A stretch of 64,000 nucleotides of DNA from Podarcis liolepis (taxonomy: Eukaryota): NCBI GenBank assembly GCA_965112155.1, contig OZ218105.1. One strand, 5' to 3'. The notes under the pieces were generated by a model. That model was given only the letters and a program-made list of their open reading frames with translations, had not been told where the DNA came from and did not search any database. Positions within the stretch are counted from its first letter, which is position 1; each line of letters opens with the position of its first letter. A program made the translations under genes and the position numbers. Shown piece after piece: positions 1-12,381 of this stretch.

Positions 1-278
1 CATCTCTCTCCGCTTGTCTCTTGCCTCAGTGTGCTTTTCCCCCACTGCAGTTCTAGCCTTGTTCACTCACTTGTTCTAGCCTTCTAATTTAAAGAATCCT
101 CACTTGCCTTCTCTGCTTGGCTTGCCTTGGCTTGCCCTGTCTCCTTCTCCCATCTTTCCTGTGGCTGCTTCAGAGTAGAATGTGTTTCCTGCCATTGGCA
201 AGAAATCAATGACTAAGCAAGTACAATGTGTAATGCCATATTCTGTTTTAGAGTCTTGGTCGTGGACCAAATGCATAC

Positions 279-528
279 CTCTTTTTGAACGGTGTGAGGA
301 GAAGCTGGATCTGTGAGAAAGCTGTGATCCACTACTTGAACTTTTCCTACGGATGGCAGTCTGCTGCTCTGGGAAATGAACATGTATGGATTCAACAGAT
401 GCTGCCAAATTGACTGATGTCAAAGAGCCAGCAGAACCTCTCCTGTCCGACTCAACTGACTCATCATCAGAGTCACCTTTACTGCTGCAGTTGTCTCCTC
501 CATCATCTTCATCCCACAATCCATGACA
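279..528 (-). CDS. PIEZO2: PIEZO2 exon ~44 (CHGLWDEDD...SHRSKR)
   Basis: TAG acceptor, GAG|GTATGC donor. Confidence 0.93.
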
Positions 529-1201
529 CTAAAAAAATAGATAAAGTTAAGCAATTATATTTAAAATTATATTATATCTTAAAATTGGCTATTGTTGGGA
601 TTCCTTCTCATTATAAAATACACATGCTAATGGTATACATTCTTATCTTCAAGTCACCTAACCTCTTGTGCACCATATTTAAAGAATAAAGCTACTGAAA
701 TACTTCATTTTAACTTTGTGTGCTGGTTCATTACTTAACTTCTAAAATGAGGTGCTTTAGTTCAGGCATTCTTCAATACCACAACCCTAATCAAGATTTG
801 TGAAGCTAGCTATGGTTGAAAAGGCATGCAACAGCATTGTAAACAAGTTTTAGGGCCAAACCCTGGTTGACAAAGATCAGTTTTAAAGTCTTGGTTCTTT
901 CAAGTTGGTTTAAGGGCACAAACAGATGTTCCTGTGGAGCTCTTTGCTCACAAAAGCTTATAAGCAATCCATGCTATAACTTTAAATCAGAAATTAAGAC
1001 AGCTAACTAATCATATTCAGATCTGATTTTGCAGTGAAAACATTTCATTTAGTCTAATAAGTGTCTCCATGACTCTTAATATTTATAATTTGGAAACTGC
1101 AATTCAGATATGATGGGAAGTCAGCGTGCTGCCAGCCACATCATTCTATAAAAAAATCTAAGTTTAAAAACAACAAAATACATTTTTAAATTCCAAAATA
1201 C

Positions 1202-1384
1202 CTTTAAAATAGATCGATGAAAAAACAAAGCAAGGAGTTGAACAAGGTCATAGTGAACATAACCCTCTTTCTTCTCAACACCAATAATATTGGGAGGATG
1301 GTAAGGCTTGTCCTTGTTTAGTTCTAGTTGCTTATTCCAAGGGAAGAAGCCAAACTGGAAAAAATATTTTATAACAATCGTTAC
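1202..1384 (-). CDS. PIEZO2: PIEZO2 exon ~43 (VTIVIKYFFQFGFFPWN...FHRSILK)
   Basis: CAG acceptor, AAG|GTATTT donor. Confidence 0.95.
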
Positions 1385-1500
1385 CTGTACAAAAAAAAAA
1401 AGAGAAAAAAGAGAAAGATGAAAAATAGCTTCATGTTAATCATTGAAAATTTGGTAACAATCCATAAAAATGAGAAATTATCATTAGAATATCAACATAC

Positions 1501-1759
1501 CTCAGTGTAGACTATAGCTGTCATCCAAAAACGTTTGCTAGGCCTCGGGACGGAAAGCATGGCCCAAAGGAATATAAGAATAGGAAGCACAAGGGTAATC
1601 ATGGAGGCAGAGATCATGTGATTAAGAATAATTACAAAAAAACACACCATTTCTGAACGAGCCACAAGGGTATTATACAAAGCATAAATTAGCAGCAAAA
1701 AACGAGGCTGAGTAGAGTAGAATTTTTCCGACTCATCCAGTTCCTCATCTTGAAACATT
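1501..1759 (-). CDS. PIEZO2: PIEZO2 exon ~42 (MFQDEEL...MTAIVYTE)
   Basis: CAG acceptor, GAG|GTATGT donor. Confidence 0.95.
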
Positions 1760-2320
1760 CTGTGGGGACAAAGTTAGATCACATAACTTGATGTGCCAAT
1801 ATGTTAAATACTGCAGAATAATCTGTAAGTAACAACAAATAATATATTTCTACTTAACAAAGAACCATGCAAACAAGTTTCCAATACCCAGCTTTAGATG
1901 TGTTTCTTTACCGGCCACACTAGAGATGTGAGGAACCTCAGGCCTGGGAGGCTGAATGCAGCCCTCCAATGGAGCCCCTGTATTTGGCCCTCAGAGATTT
2001 CATAAGGCCAGACACCTCATGAGCCCTGCTTTGCAACTGAGGTGCAGGTTATCAAAAGTCAGGCATAGAATTTCATTAACCACACATTTATTTCAAAAGA
2101 AGGTGTTATTTCTCAGTGGGGTGGGGTGTTTCAAAGGAAACAAAATATCTCCTGGTACAGAAACCCGTGGGCACATGTAAAGTAAGTTTCAGAATGTCAC
2201 CCAAATATTTTGAGAGACCAGGTTCAGCATCCAGGCCTTTTCCAAAGTTAGAATATTTGCATATAAAGAGTTTCAAATCAGTTTTTTCCCCTTTAAAATG
2301 CAATCTGTGTTTCGTGGGTC

Positions 2321-2444
2321 AGGTAGGTAGCCATGTTGGTCTGACACAGTTGAAATAAATAAAAAATTGTCCAGTAGCACCTTAGAGACCAACTAAGTTT
2401 GTTCTGGGTATAAGCTTTTGTGTGCACGCACACTTCTTCAGATA
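2321..2444. mobile_element. Penelope-like element end fragment
   Basis: TCCAGTAGCACCTTAGAGACCAAC...GGTATAAGCTTT...CACTTCTTCAGATA. Confidence 0.7.
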
Positions 2445-3052
2445 TTATTTTGACTATGTTTCTTGGGGTGTGTACTTGTCATAAAATGTCATAATTAGCC
2501 GCAGTTTCCCATCAGGTATACACCATAGGCACATATGGTGAAATACATGTGTGGCCGTCACTGTGCCTTTCATGTAACAATTTTATGATGTGCAAATGAC
2601 CACCCCCCAGTAAATAATTCTAATGAAGTTCTTGCTCAATGTTCATGGTATGCAAAATCATTGCACCCCATTGCAAATCAGTCAAATTCTGTCTTACATT
2701 TGTGAAAAGTAAAGGAAATGTTATCAAAAGTTTCTTCATCTGAAAGCACATGACATAGTTCTATTTTTAAAGGTAAGCAGGTCTAGCCATGGCCAGTGCC
2801 CCAGTGAGAGACTACTGAATACCACATCCCTGCTACTGTAATCTCCTGAAAGGAAGGCCAGGGTACAAGTGCCATAAACTGAATTCATCACATGAAGCAG
2901 CACAAAACTAATGTAATCAGAATGATCTGGTGATCAGTGAATTTACTACAATTCACTTAAATAACTTGAGCATCATTACAATATAATTTTTGTAACATAA
3001 TGAATTCACATTATTTTACATGCCTGTGGGGAAATTATTTTATGATTCTTAC

Positions 3053-3478
3053 TTGTTTAGAAGTAGTTCGCTTGCAGTAAGCTCATGTGTCAAAGGAGGA
3101 AGTATAGAATCTTCTGGTTTGTCAGACTGATTTTCATCTGGGCTCACCATCATATGGTTTTTGACAGAGGAACCATCTTGGGAACTATCTAAGGGGAAAA
3201 GCTCCAAGCTCACAGCTTTGCTGTAGGAAGGAGGGGGTTCAGCAATGCCATCCAAACCAGAATAGGATGGTATATCTGTATCAGAAGTATATGCAGCTCC
3301 TTCAGAATCTATGCAATAAACTTCCATGTCATGCTCCTGCCTCGATGCAGCATCTACCCCCTCTTCTTCTTCTTCTTCTTCTCCTTCTCCTCCTTCTTCG
3401 TGCTCCTCCCCTTCAACTTCTTCAATAGTTTCTGCTGTCCCCTGACGAGAATACAGCATGGTGATTTGGGTAGCCTCA
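3053..3478 (-). CDS. PIEZO2: PIEZO2 exon ~41 (EATQITMLYSRQGT...HELTASELLLN)
   Basis: CAG acceptor, GTAAGA donor. Confidence 0.94.
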
Positions 3479-4094
3479 CTGTCAAGAACAGGGGGAACAA
3501 TATTATTTTGTCAATTTCTTATTTCACAAATGAAACACTGATGTGTCCAAGGTATGTTCTATGCTTAAATTTCAATTTTAAGCCAGTGAAGACAAACTCA
3601 ACCACAGTTAAAGGACTGGGAACAGGCCATGGCGTTATGTGTCATATCCTCCCCATCTTTTCTCCTCTTAAGAATTAATTGCCTCTTTCTGCCTTACCCA
3701 TGGTTTTAGATTTTTGTGTGTGTGGCATTTTTTGGCCAGCAATCATATTAGCTGCTGTGGCTAAGGCTAACCAGGATTCTATCTGAACCAGGAGCTGAAG
3801 GCAGCATTCTAAGCTCTCAGCTAAAATGAATGGATCAATAAATAGGTATCTAATTTAGAAACTTGAGACCAAAAGTATAAGGATCAAATGGGGGCTATTA
3901 AAAAGACAGAAAGCCCCCCCAAATATTGGTATGAGCCTAAACAAGACAAATATGCTTCTATTAAGTACTCATGCACATCTACATCTACATATACAAAACA
4001 CACACAAAACACACCTGCGCTGGCAAAATCCACAGTGCCAAAATTTACAATGGTCAGGGTAAATGAATGAACAAAGCATGCATGGGTTAAGCAC

Positions 4095-4265
4095 CTTGAC
4101 ACCATACTGCCACTGTCAGCAGATGAGGAGGACATATCCATGCTGTACATTTTACGAAGCCTAGGACGCGCACGCTCACTTGTTTTAGGAATAGGGTCTG
4201 GTCCATCTAAATCATCAAGGGTTGACTGCCTTGACAACAACAGTGTGGTTGCTTCAGTGCAGCAG
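4095..4265 (-). CDS. PIEZO2: PIEZO2 cassette exon ~40 (CCTEATTLLLSRQSTLDD...SADSGSMVS), 171 nt
   Basis: TAG acceptor, AAG|GTGCTT donor, phase 2-2; SRQSTLDDLDG...KTSERARPRLRKM motif. Confidence 0.9.
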
Positions 4266-5265
4266 CTAGCAGTGCAAACAGTTACAAAAACAGTGTTATA
4301 TACCAACAGCATCCTGAAGTGGTTCAATAGTAACCATGCAGGCTAGCCATGCACTATACAGAGACACATAGACAAGGTTTTGAGTGGGGATTCTGAGCTA
4401 CCAGTATGCACTGGTTTTTATTCAAAACAATGTTTTGATAATCACACAGAATCAATAGTAATTAAATGGGAAACCATGGCGTGAAGGCATAGGGCTTTCA
4501 GCCATTTTGTCACACAGTTACAGGTTACAGCCTGCAAAACCACATAGAGTGGCTCAGGTTGCAATCCTAAATTCATTTGCTAGGGAGTAACTCAGAGGAA
4601 CAACTGAGTTTGAAACAGATTTATACCCAGAATTTTAGGGTTCCAACCCTACCAAGCTTTGCTGGAATTTCTTGCATCTAACTGGCTTGTGTATTATTAT
4701 TTTTAAAGCAGCTCGGCTAATTATATGAAAATTGTCTGGAATAAATATGTATATTATATGTATAATATGTATAACAGCCCAATGCAGTGCAGCATTTCTG
4801 CAACGTAATTGTATAAATATTTTTATGCAGTTATATGCATTGTTGTATATAACTGTTTATGTAATGGCCACTTCAGGAAACCTGGAGTATATATGCATAT
4901 TATATGTTCCAGCACATATGAGGATTGTTCTTATCTTTAGCAGAACATGCTTCTTGTCAAGATTCAACGTGTGAGATGAGAATTAGAAAAAATCCATACG
5001 CATAAGCTCAATATCAATGTTCTCAGACAATCCGATCACTAACTCAAGAGAAATGTGGTCGTGAGTAAACCTGCTTAGGACTGCACTGTCAGACACTCAA
5101 ATGCTTCTTGGATACAATGGGTATTGGATGTTGTAACTTTAGGAAAAGTCTGCCTTTTGTCTGACAGTTTCCATTTGGTTAAAGATGGCTCTTTTGGCAC
5201 TGTCTTGTTTATATAACTAGGAGGCAAACCTCTTCCCACAAGATCTACAAGACTTGTTATTTATT

Positions 5266-5305
5266 AATCAATCAATCAATCAATCAATCAATCCATCAAT
5301 CAATC
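5266..5305. repeat. (AATC)n microsatellite
   Basis: Seen directly. Confidence 0.9.
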
Positions 5306-5928
5306 TATCTGCTTTCAGAGAAATCCAGACGGTATAGGTTAGTACACAAATGTTTATTTTATTCATTAAACAAAATGCAAGCCTTTTTACTTTTACTTAA
5401 AAGGTTTTATTATTTTCAAAATATGTGCAGCTTCTTACTACATGTATGATATCTGAAAAAGCCCTGGGTGGCAGTCAACTATGTTTTACTCAGAGTGGAC
5501 CCAGTGAAATTAATAAACATGACAAAGTTAGGTCCCTTAATTTCAATGGGTCTACTGTTAAAAAAATGTGGATGATGTGTAGCAGTTTTTCTGCTTTCAT
5601 AAACCTTTAACATGAGGAAAACAAATAGCTCAAAGAGAGGTGCTGTTTATACCACCCTTGTCACATATTATTATCCATAGAAGACAGTTACTTGTGGCCT
5701 CCCACTAGGTCAGACTTCTTTTAGAAAAACAGGACTTCTTCTTTCTCTCCTCTCTACCCACCATGCCATCTCTGTGCTCCTCCAAAATCTGGTTGGACTA
5801 TCTGGCGCAGACTTGGGCATGGGGTGGGAGGCACAGAAGAACAGGAAATCCATTGGCACTCCCTCTGAATAATGTTGGATATCATCCTATATGCATTGGC
5901 TGAATTACTGCTTATTTTAAACAAATAC

Positions 5929-6083
5929 CTGGATTCGCTGTCACGAGATACTGCCGATTCTAGACTTTCTGTCCTCTCAGCCTGTCCAGGTTCATAAATT
6001 TCATCCAATCCTGATTCCCTAGAAAGTTTCATTATATGGTTCTGATAATACATATGGATACTCTCTCGAGTTGGAACATTCCC
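5929..6083 (-). CDS. PIEZO2: PIEZO2 exon ~39 (GNVPTRESIHMYYQNH...RDSES)
   Basis: TAG acceptor, CAG|GTATTT donor. Confidence 0.93.
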
Positions 6084-6386
6084 CTAAAAAGGAAGAGATA
6101 GAATTTAGAAGTAGGGTCTGCCAATAATCTCTGAGATCTGGTGATTATCTGGTGCAAACTAGTGAGAACTGTGCAGCATATCAAAAATTGAGGAGTCTCA
6201 GAACTATACCATAGAAGTGTTTCACTCTTTCTCCCTTGCCAGGCTATTCATTAGGTTTCTTCCATCCTCAATTATAGCAATAAGCTAAAATTAGCAGATC
6301 TTTGTTAATATTCATCATGCGTCCAAAACATTTAAAAATAAGGAAAAACTACGGTTGCTAAATTCTAAACCTGCTCCTACAAATAC

Positions 6387-7007
6387 TGTCAAGGACTGGC
6401 TGGATGCGGAGGAATGGTGGGAGGCACCAGCTGGGGAGCCCCCCAGGGAACCCCAGGGGGAGGAGGCTGGGCCAGGGGACTGGTGGTGGGATGATGATGA
6501 TGAGTGGTCAGAGGGAGAAGAGGGAACAGACTGGGAGGAGGAGGTGTCAGAAGCTGAAGAGGCAAGAGGGTTTAGGGGAGCAGGACGAGGCTGTGGCAGA
6601 GAGCAGTCCTGATTCAGAGGCTGGAGAGGAGCGGGGCCCGGAGACAGATGAGGCAGGCTGCTGAAGAATCCAGGGAGTTTCCCTCTCCTTCTGCGACCTG
6701 CTCCCCTTCTCCTCCCCTTGCTCTCCCAGAACTCACAGAGAAATGAAAAGAGCATAGGAGAGATGGGTTGTGTGCAGATGTAGTATCTGATTGCTTGAAA
6801 AAAACCTAGGAGAACAGAGGACTTAGGCAGCTGTGGGGAGGTGGGAACCCTCAGTCCTCACAACTGCCTCATTGGGGCAAGACCTACTGGGAAGAGTGGC
6901 TGGGATCGCTAGTCCTGTGCTGTTTTGGTTTCTTGAATAAAGAGTTAACTTTATTGACACCAGTGGTTTTTTAATTGCTGATCTACACCTGACTCCGGCT
7001 CCTGACA
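6387..7007 (+). mobile_element. Solo LTR, Gypsy-like
   Basis: TGTCAAGGA...TCCTGACA inverted termini, AATAAA at 6936-6941, GC-rich block in an AT-rich intron, imperfect 5-bp flanks AATAC/AGTAT. Confidence 0.7.
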
Positions 7008-7099
7008 AGTATCTAGAAACAATAGTTTTGGCCAAGGTGGGCCTGAATTCCAAGCCTTCCTAATAGCATCAACTACATGATATGAGCATGTTCTATTAC

Positions 7100-7266
7100 C
7101 TTTTTGATTTCTCTAGTAAGCATGCACCTCTCGATTCTTAGCACGGTGGAAATATCAATGTGCTCTCTTGAAATCGAATTGAGCCAAGCTGTAAAACTGT
7201 CTATTGTTGCCAGAAACAGAACCCAGGTAAACTTCAAAATATTATATATTCTTTTGATAATGTTAT
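7100..7266 (-). CDS. PIEZO2: PIEZO2 exon ~38 (NIIKRIYNILKFTWV...REIKK)
   Basis: CAG acceptor, AAG|GTAATA donor. Confidence 0.94.
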
Positions 7267-7754
7267 CTGGGGGCAGGAAACAAGAAAAAAAAATAGAGAT
7301 TTAGTACATAAGCAACCACCACCGTAACAAATATTTTTGAATGAATGAAGAAAATCTAGCCCCTAAGGAATCATTGTTACTCTCTGACTGCTACTTCTAT
7401 TCAATTACCTGAAAGTAAGCTCCGCTGACCTTCCTACAACTTTCTTTTGAGTAGACTTATACAAGACAGCACTTTTTCTGGCATTTCTAGTTTAAGGAGC
7501 CAAATTATTGGCCAATCATTTGAACCAGAATTATTCTGCTTCATTACCAGTCAGTGTAATTGTTTGATGACCTCTGAGTCTTTCCGGCTTTAGTAGTATC
7601 ACTTGTGCTAGGAGAGTGGTGAATGTTGATATATAATTGTAAAGAAATTGTACAGCACACCAGACATAGGATTTGTTGGCTTGCCCTTATTTAACACACT
7701 GTTGTACTGTCTAATCAGAAAATAAAAGAATACCTTTCTTGCATCTTTGCTTAC

Positions 7755-7820
7755 CGGGTCCGTCTGAGGACTTCTTTTTTACAGGTTCCTCTCTTTCTTC
7801 ACACTCCACATCTATACCAA
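7755..7820 (-). CDS. PIEZO2: PIEZO2 exon ~37 (GIDVECEEREEPVKKKSSDGP)
   Basis: CAG acceptor, GTAAGC donor, phase 1-1. Confidence 0.9.
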
Positions 7821-9789
7821 CTGACAAATCAATATTAAAGACATGAGCAAAAAAATTTCACAGATCTGAATTATTCAACCAAAAATGATGGAAATATACA
7901 GTGAGCTGCAGCTTAGTAACCTCAAATTCTACAGTGTTCTCTAATAATTATATTCAAATTAACTGGAGATATAGCCAGTGAGTGATTTTATTCTGCTTTA
8001 ATTGAGACAATGATGTGGACTTCAGCACCTTAATATTGGCCAACTAGCATTTGGATTTATTCTTTACCACCTCTCTCCTTCCCAAATTAAAAATAACCCA
8101 TTTTTCTGTCTCCCTCCACTATATCTTTCCCTGCAACAGTAATTGTGTTTGAAGGAGAGAAAGTATTCAGGGATTTCTTTGTAACTGTCAAGGCTTGAAG
8201 CCTTGTCCTGTTACTGTTACAAGCACATTTAGCAGTAGCTGTTTGGTGACTGTGAAGGAGAGAGATTGTAACTTCCAGAATTTATTGGGCGGGACCTGGA
8301 TCAGGTTAATTCATCGTGATTTGTGTGGGACAGCAGACTCTGCGTGGTGATTCTTGTCATGGGGGAGTTAACTGTCAGGAAGAGAGTTGAAAATGGTTGG
8401 TTGTGAAGTTGAAGAGATAATGGGTAAAGGAAGTATGAGGAAAAGACTGGGGGAAAATGAGTGGAAAGCTGAGGTCTGAATATTAATACTTTGTTATTTG
8501 TGTGATAACCAAACTCATATAACCAATATGCTTAAGATTAATTAATGGATGAAGGGGTTGATGCCATAGAGTAAGCTTTCCTGCCAGGCTTAGCTATGTC
8601 ACTCCCCTTTACTTTGGAAGAAAGGTAATCTAGCCCATTGTTGTACCTCAGTTTACCTAAGAAGCTCAGCATGTGAAAACTGGCTAAGCTAGTGGCTGCA
8701 GCTGAGCCGCATGTTTCTAACATGCTTTTCTTGTGTTCCTATATCAATAATTCAGGAACTTTCACCACTGTAACTAAGTCAAGTTTCACTGCCTGTGTTT
8801 TCTGATTGTTGTATGGAAAAGCACATGAAGAGTTTGGAGAGTTTGTAAGTAAACAATTGTTTGCTTACCAAATGTGTGGTCTTTTTCTATGTTAAGGGAA
8901 AATGGGAAGTTTGGAAGACACCTAGAAGGGCAAAATTTAAAGGTCTAACAGCCTATATTTCCAAGCTTTACCTTGCTGAATATTTTGTGATTTTAAATCT
9001 CTGCTGGGGCTCTCTCACAAAAGAGTACTTGCCCCAAATCTGGATATTGACATCCAGGGAATTCTCATTTTATAGCCTTTATATGTCTGTGCCAAGTATG
9101 AATATACTTGCCTGGTGAAGAGCAGAGAAAGTAAGATGGTGATTGAGTTAGTAGGAGAGGCGGCCCTGTGTAAAGGTCTTACCAGAAGAAAGTTACACAA
9201 GCAAGTTTTTAACGTTGACTAAACTGTCCAAGCAGCCAGAAGTGCAACCAGAGGAGCTTCGGACTTCAGAGGGCAGATTGCCCATAGTAGCTGTTGTGGG
9301 AGTATTTGACTGGGGCTACCTAAGAGGCTGGCGTTAGCAACAGTCTCTGTGGTCTTTAGAAATGGTCATCAAGCACCTTTAAGACCCCATTCGTGCAGGG
9401 GGAGAAGTCCTTTCTGGATATGGGCACCCTCATGCAGGGCTCGCACTGAAGGGTCATGTGAGGTGCATCTCATCCCTAATATCTCCAGTTTGATGTCCTG
9501 GTTTGTAGCAGTAACTCGAACAACAGATTTTTCATTTGGACTTTAGGTGAAACCATGGTTCAACAAATTAGGAGGTACTGAGTTAAGGGAAGAGAGAGTA
9601 TGCAAGCAAACACCTTGTTCCTGGTCCAAGAAAGCATGGTTTGATGAACTGAAATGGTTGCGTCTGAACTGGACCAATGTTTTGCCTATTATATCTGCCT
9701 ATAAGTCAGCAAGGAGGAACTAGGTAAAAATAAATCTCTATCTCCTTTCTCCTGCCACACATGAAAGGGTAATTGTTGTGTTAATATGG

Positions 9790-9916
9790 CTACTCAGATA
9801 GAGGTCTTTTCCATTACCCACTATCTGGTTCTTTTGTGACTGCAGATGTTATGGAATTTACCTGGGACCTTCCGCATGTAAGGCATGTAGCTGAATCACT
9901 GAGCTGTGGTCCCTTC
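9790..9916 (-). mobile_element. Degenerate tRNA-derived SINE fragment
   Basis: Minus-strand ACAGCTCAGTG...GAAGGTCCCAGG head resembling the 24655 element. Confidence 0.5.
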
Positions 9917-9984
9917 ACCCAATAAACAGAGGAAAGATTTGTGTTTACAATAAATAACTGACAAAATTACAGACACATACATAC

Positions 9985-10096
9985 CTTCCCCAGAGCCTTT
10001 CCGCCTTTGTCTCCTTTCTTTCCCAAACTTTTTTTTCTCTTTGCGCCTCTGTCGGAGGGCAGTTTTAGGATCAGTAATCCAGGCCTGATAAACGAA
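9985..10096 (-). CDS. PIEZO2: PIEZO2 exon ~36 (FVYQAWITDPKTALRQR...KGSGE)
   Basis: CAG acceptor, AAG|GTATGT donor. Confidence 0.94.
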
Positions 10097-12282
10097 CTGG
10101 AGGGAAAAACCAATTTATTCCAAGCTCCTCAGTAAGTAAATAGGAATGCAATATATATTTGATGAAAAAATGTAGGTTTGTGAGTTTAAGCAAACATTCT
10201 TAATTGCTATCCAAACATTTCAATGAAAGTTTGAGATTTTTTGTGCTATTTTTGTTTGCTAAACAAACTAAAACATTTGAACAGAACGATGGATTCATGT
10301 GAGTTTCATATGAATCCACAAAAGCTATGTTCTGAACTCTGGAAATGCAAATATAATTTACATATGAACCATTTCCTGCAACTAACCTCAAATAATAATC
10401 AGTATTCCAATACAATAAGAACATTAGACTTTATCCGTTGTTTTTAAAATATTTCACTCTCTCTTAGCAAATTGGTTGATGGCATCTTTTAAAGTAGGAA
10501 CACATGAGAATTCATAATGCTATAACGTCACATATTGTGCATTTTCCCCCAACACCCAAAGATACGGCTGAAAAGAACAAAAAAATGTACTGTATGATAG
10601 CAGTTTGAGACAAAAGATGTTGTGATTTTGTCAGTATGATTTTCATCACAAAATGAAAACCATGTTTTGCTGGCACTGCATCATTGATGCATTTCGTTAA
10701 TTAAAGAATAGCCACAGCCAAGGAACAAGCAAACATACACATGCAAAGGGCAGGGGAGAGAGAAACAGATAGATTCAAAGCATTACCACTACCAACACAA
10801 GCATGCACAAACTGTCTCAGGGAAGCTGGAATGGGCCATTATTGGAAATGCTTTTATTTCATTCGTTTCTCGCAGTTCTGATGTACAGAAATCACCTTGG
10901 TACTTTATTAAGATATTATCTGTAAATCATTAAGCCACCTGCTTTTTATCAGTGAATATGGGAGGTTACTAACAGGTGGTGGGGAGAGTGCCTGTCTCCT
11001 TTCTGTTTGAGGCACTAACTTGGTTTATGGTAATAAGTAATGCATAATACAGCTGTTATTGCTGTACTAAAATATATTATGCCTGGATCCAGAGATGTCT
11101 TTTGCAATCAGGAAAACCTGCTCATGTAAGTCAGATTCATGATGCAAGACAATTTCTTCCCCTATCTGCAGCCTTTGTAGCATCACCCACACTATTCCTG
11201 TGGGTTCCCTGATCTTCATAATTGACTTTTGGGGACTGGTAGGGGCTGTACTGAAGCAGATCAGGCAGGAAAACACCATTCAATGAACAGAATGGGCTGC
11301 TTTGCTGCTCATGATTCTTTGGATCCAACCCAATAGCTAAAGTTTGAGATTCACAGAGTTCATGTGAGGGCAGAATAAAAAGCTGATAATAAATAAATAA
11401 AATTCATAAATTTTGCCAAACATTGCTCTAGTGAAAACAAATATGGAGAAATATAATTTTGAATATCAATATTCATTGCGTCTGGTGCAGTTCAGTTGCT
11501 ACAGAAATCCCAAGCATTTCTTCAATTGATTCTGAGATTTTGTTACTGTAGATAGTTTTGAGGAGGACTAGTTGCAACTAGTAATGAAAATATTTAAAAA
11601 AATGCTACTTTTATCTTTCAACAGTTAAATTTAAACATTAAGGTACATTAACCTCTTCCTGCTCTGTATTTCAGCACTAAGGCCTACAAGCAAGCTCATT
11701 GGATTTGAACTGTTATAGTGAATCCAAAATGTTTTTAGTGCTTCTTGCACATAAGTGACATACTGTATACATTATGCATAGCATCACAAATACTACTAAA
11801 GGAAGTCCCAAGACAGGCTAATGGATTACTGATACCAGAATGATGATGCACATGGACAGGAAGTGTGAAGGGTAAGCATCCTCAGCTGTAATATTTTAAG
11901 GTTTTACCAGCTTTCTGAGAAAGATTACCATGCCAGAGGAAATCCTGCTCTTTTTTTTTACAATTCAGCAATTTAAACAGGGTCAGCATTTGACCCACTA
12001 CCTATAAATGCATGCAACCCATGGAATCCTCTCAACACAGCTTAGGCAGAAATGCCAAGATTACGCCAAGATGTGTCTGCATTTTCTCTCTGGGATTATC
12101 GTTAAAATGAGTTATATTTCCTTGTATGATTTAGTTTTTTAAATCTTATACATACCAAATGCTTGACTCTCATTAAGTCCTCACAAAGTTCATATAAAGA
12201 GGGAAAATGCAGAAAAGGGATACCCTATGCCATAATAGTATGGGATGAGATCACATTCTATATGGTATGGAACATCAAATAC

Positions 12283-12381
12283 CTTTGCAGCTCTGATTAA
12301 ATACTGAAGAATAGTTTTGGGCAGTTTAATAATAGACTTTGGCAAGGCTAAAATGGCAGAAGCAAATTTCGCAATAGCTCT
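12283..12381 (-). CDS. PIEZO2: PIEZO2 cassette exon ~35 (RAIAKFASAILALPKSIIKLPKTILQYLIRAAK), 99 nt
   Basis: TAG acceptor, AAG|GTATTT donor, phase 0-0; near-identical to the recalled mammalian alternative exon. Confidence 0.9.

Noticed and set aside
3331-3678. Plus-strand ORFs overlapping PIEZO2 exons (also 7104, 30931, 42618)
   Set aside because: Antisense shadows of real exons with low-complexity translations.
8180-9500. Possible ERV or other retroelement remnant
   Set aside because: The composition differs slightly, but I found no termini, TSD or recognisable coding motif.
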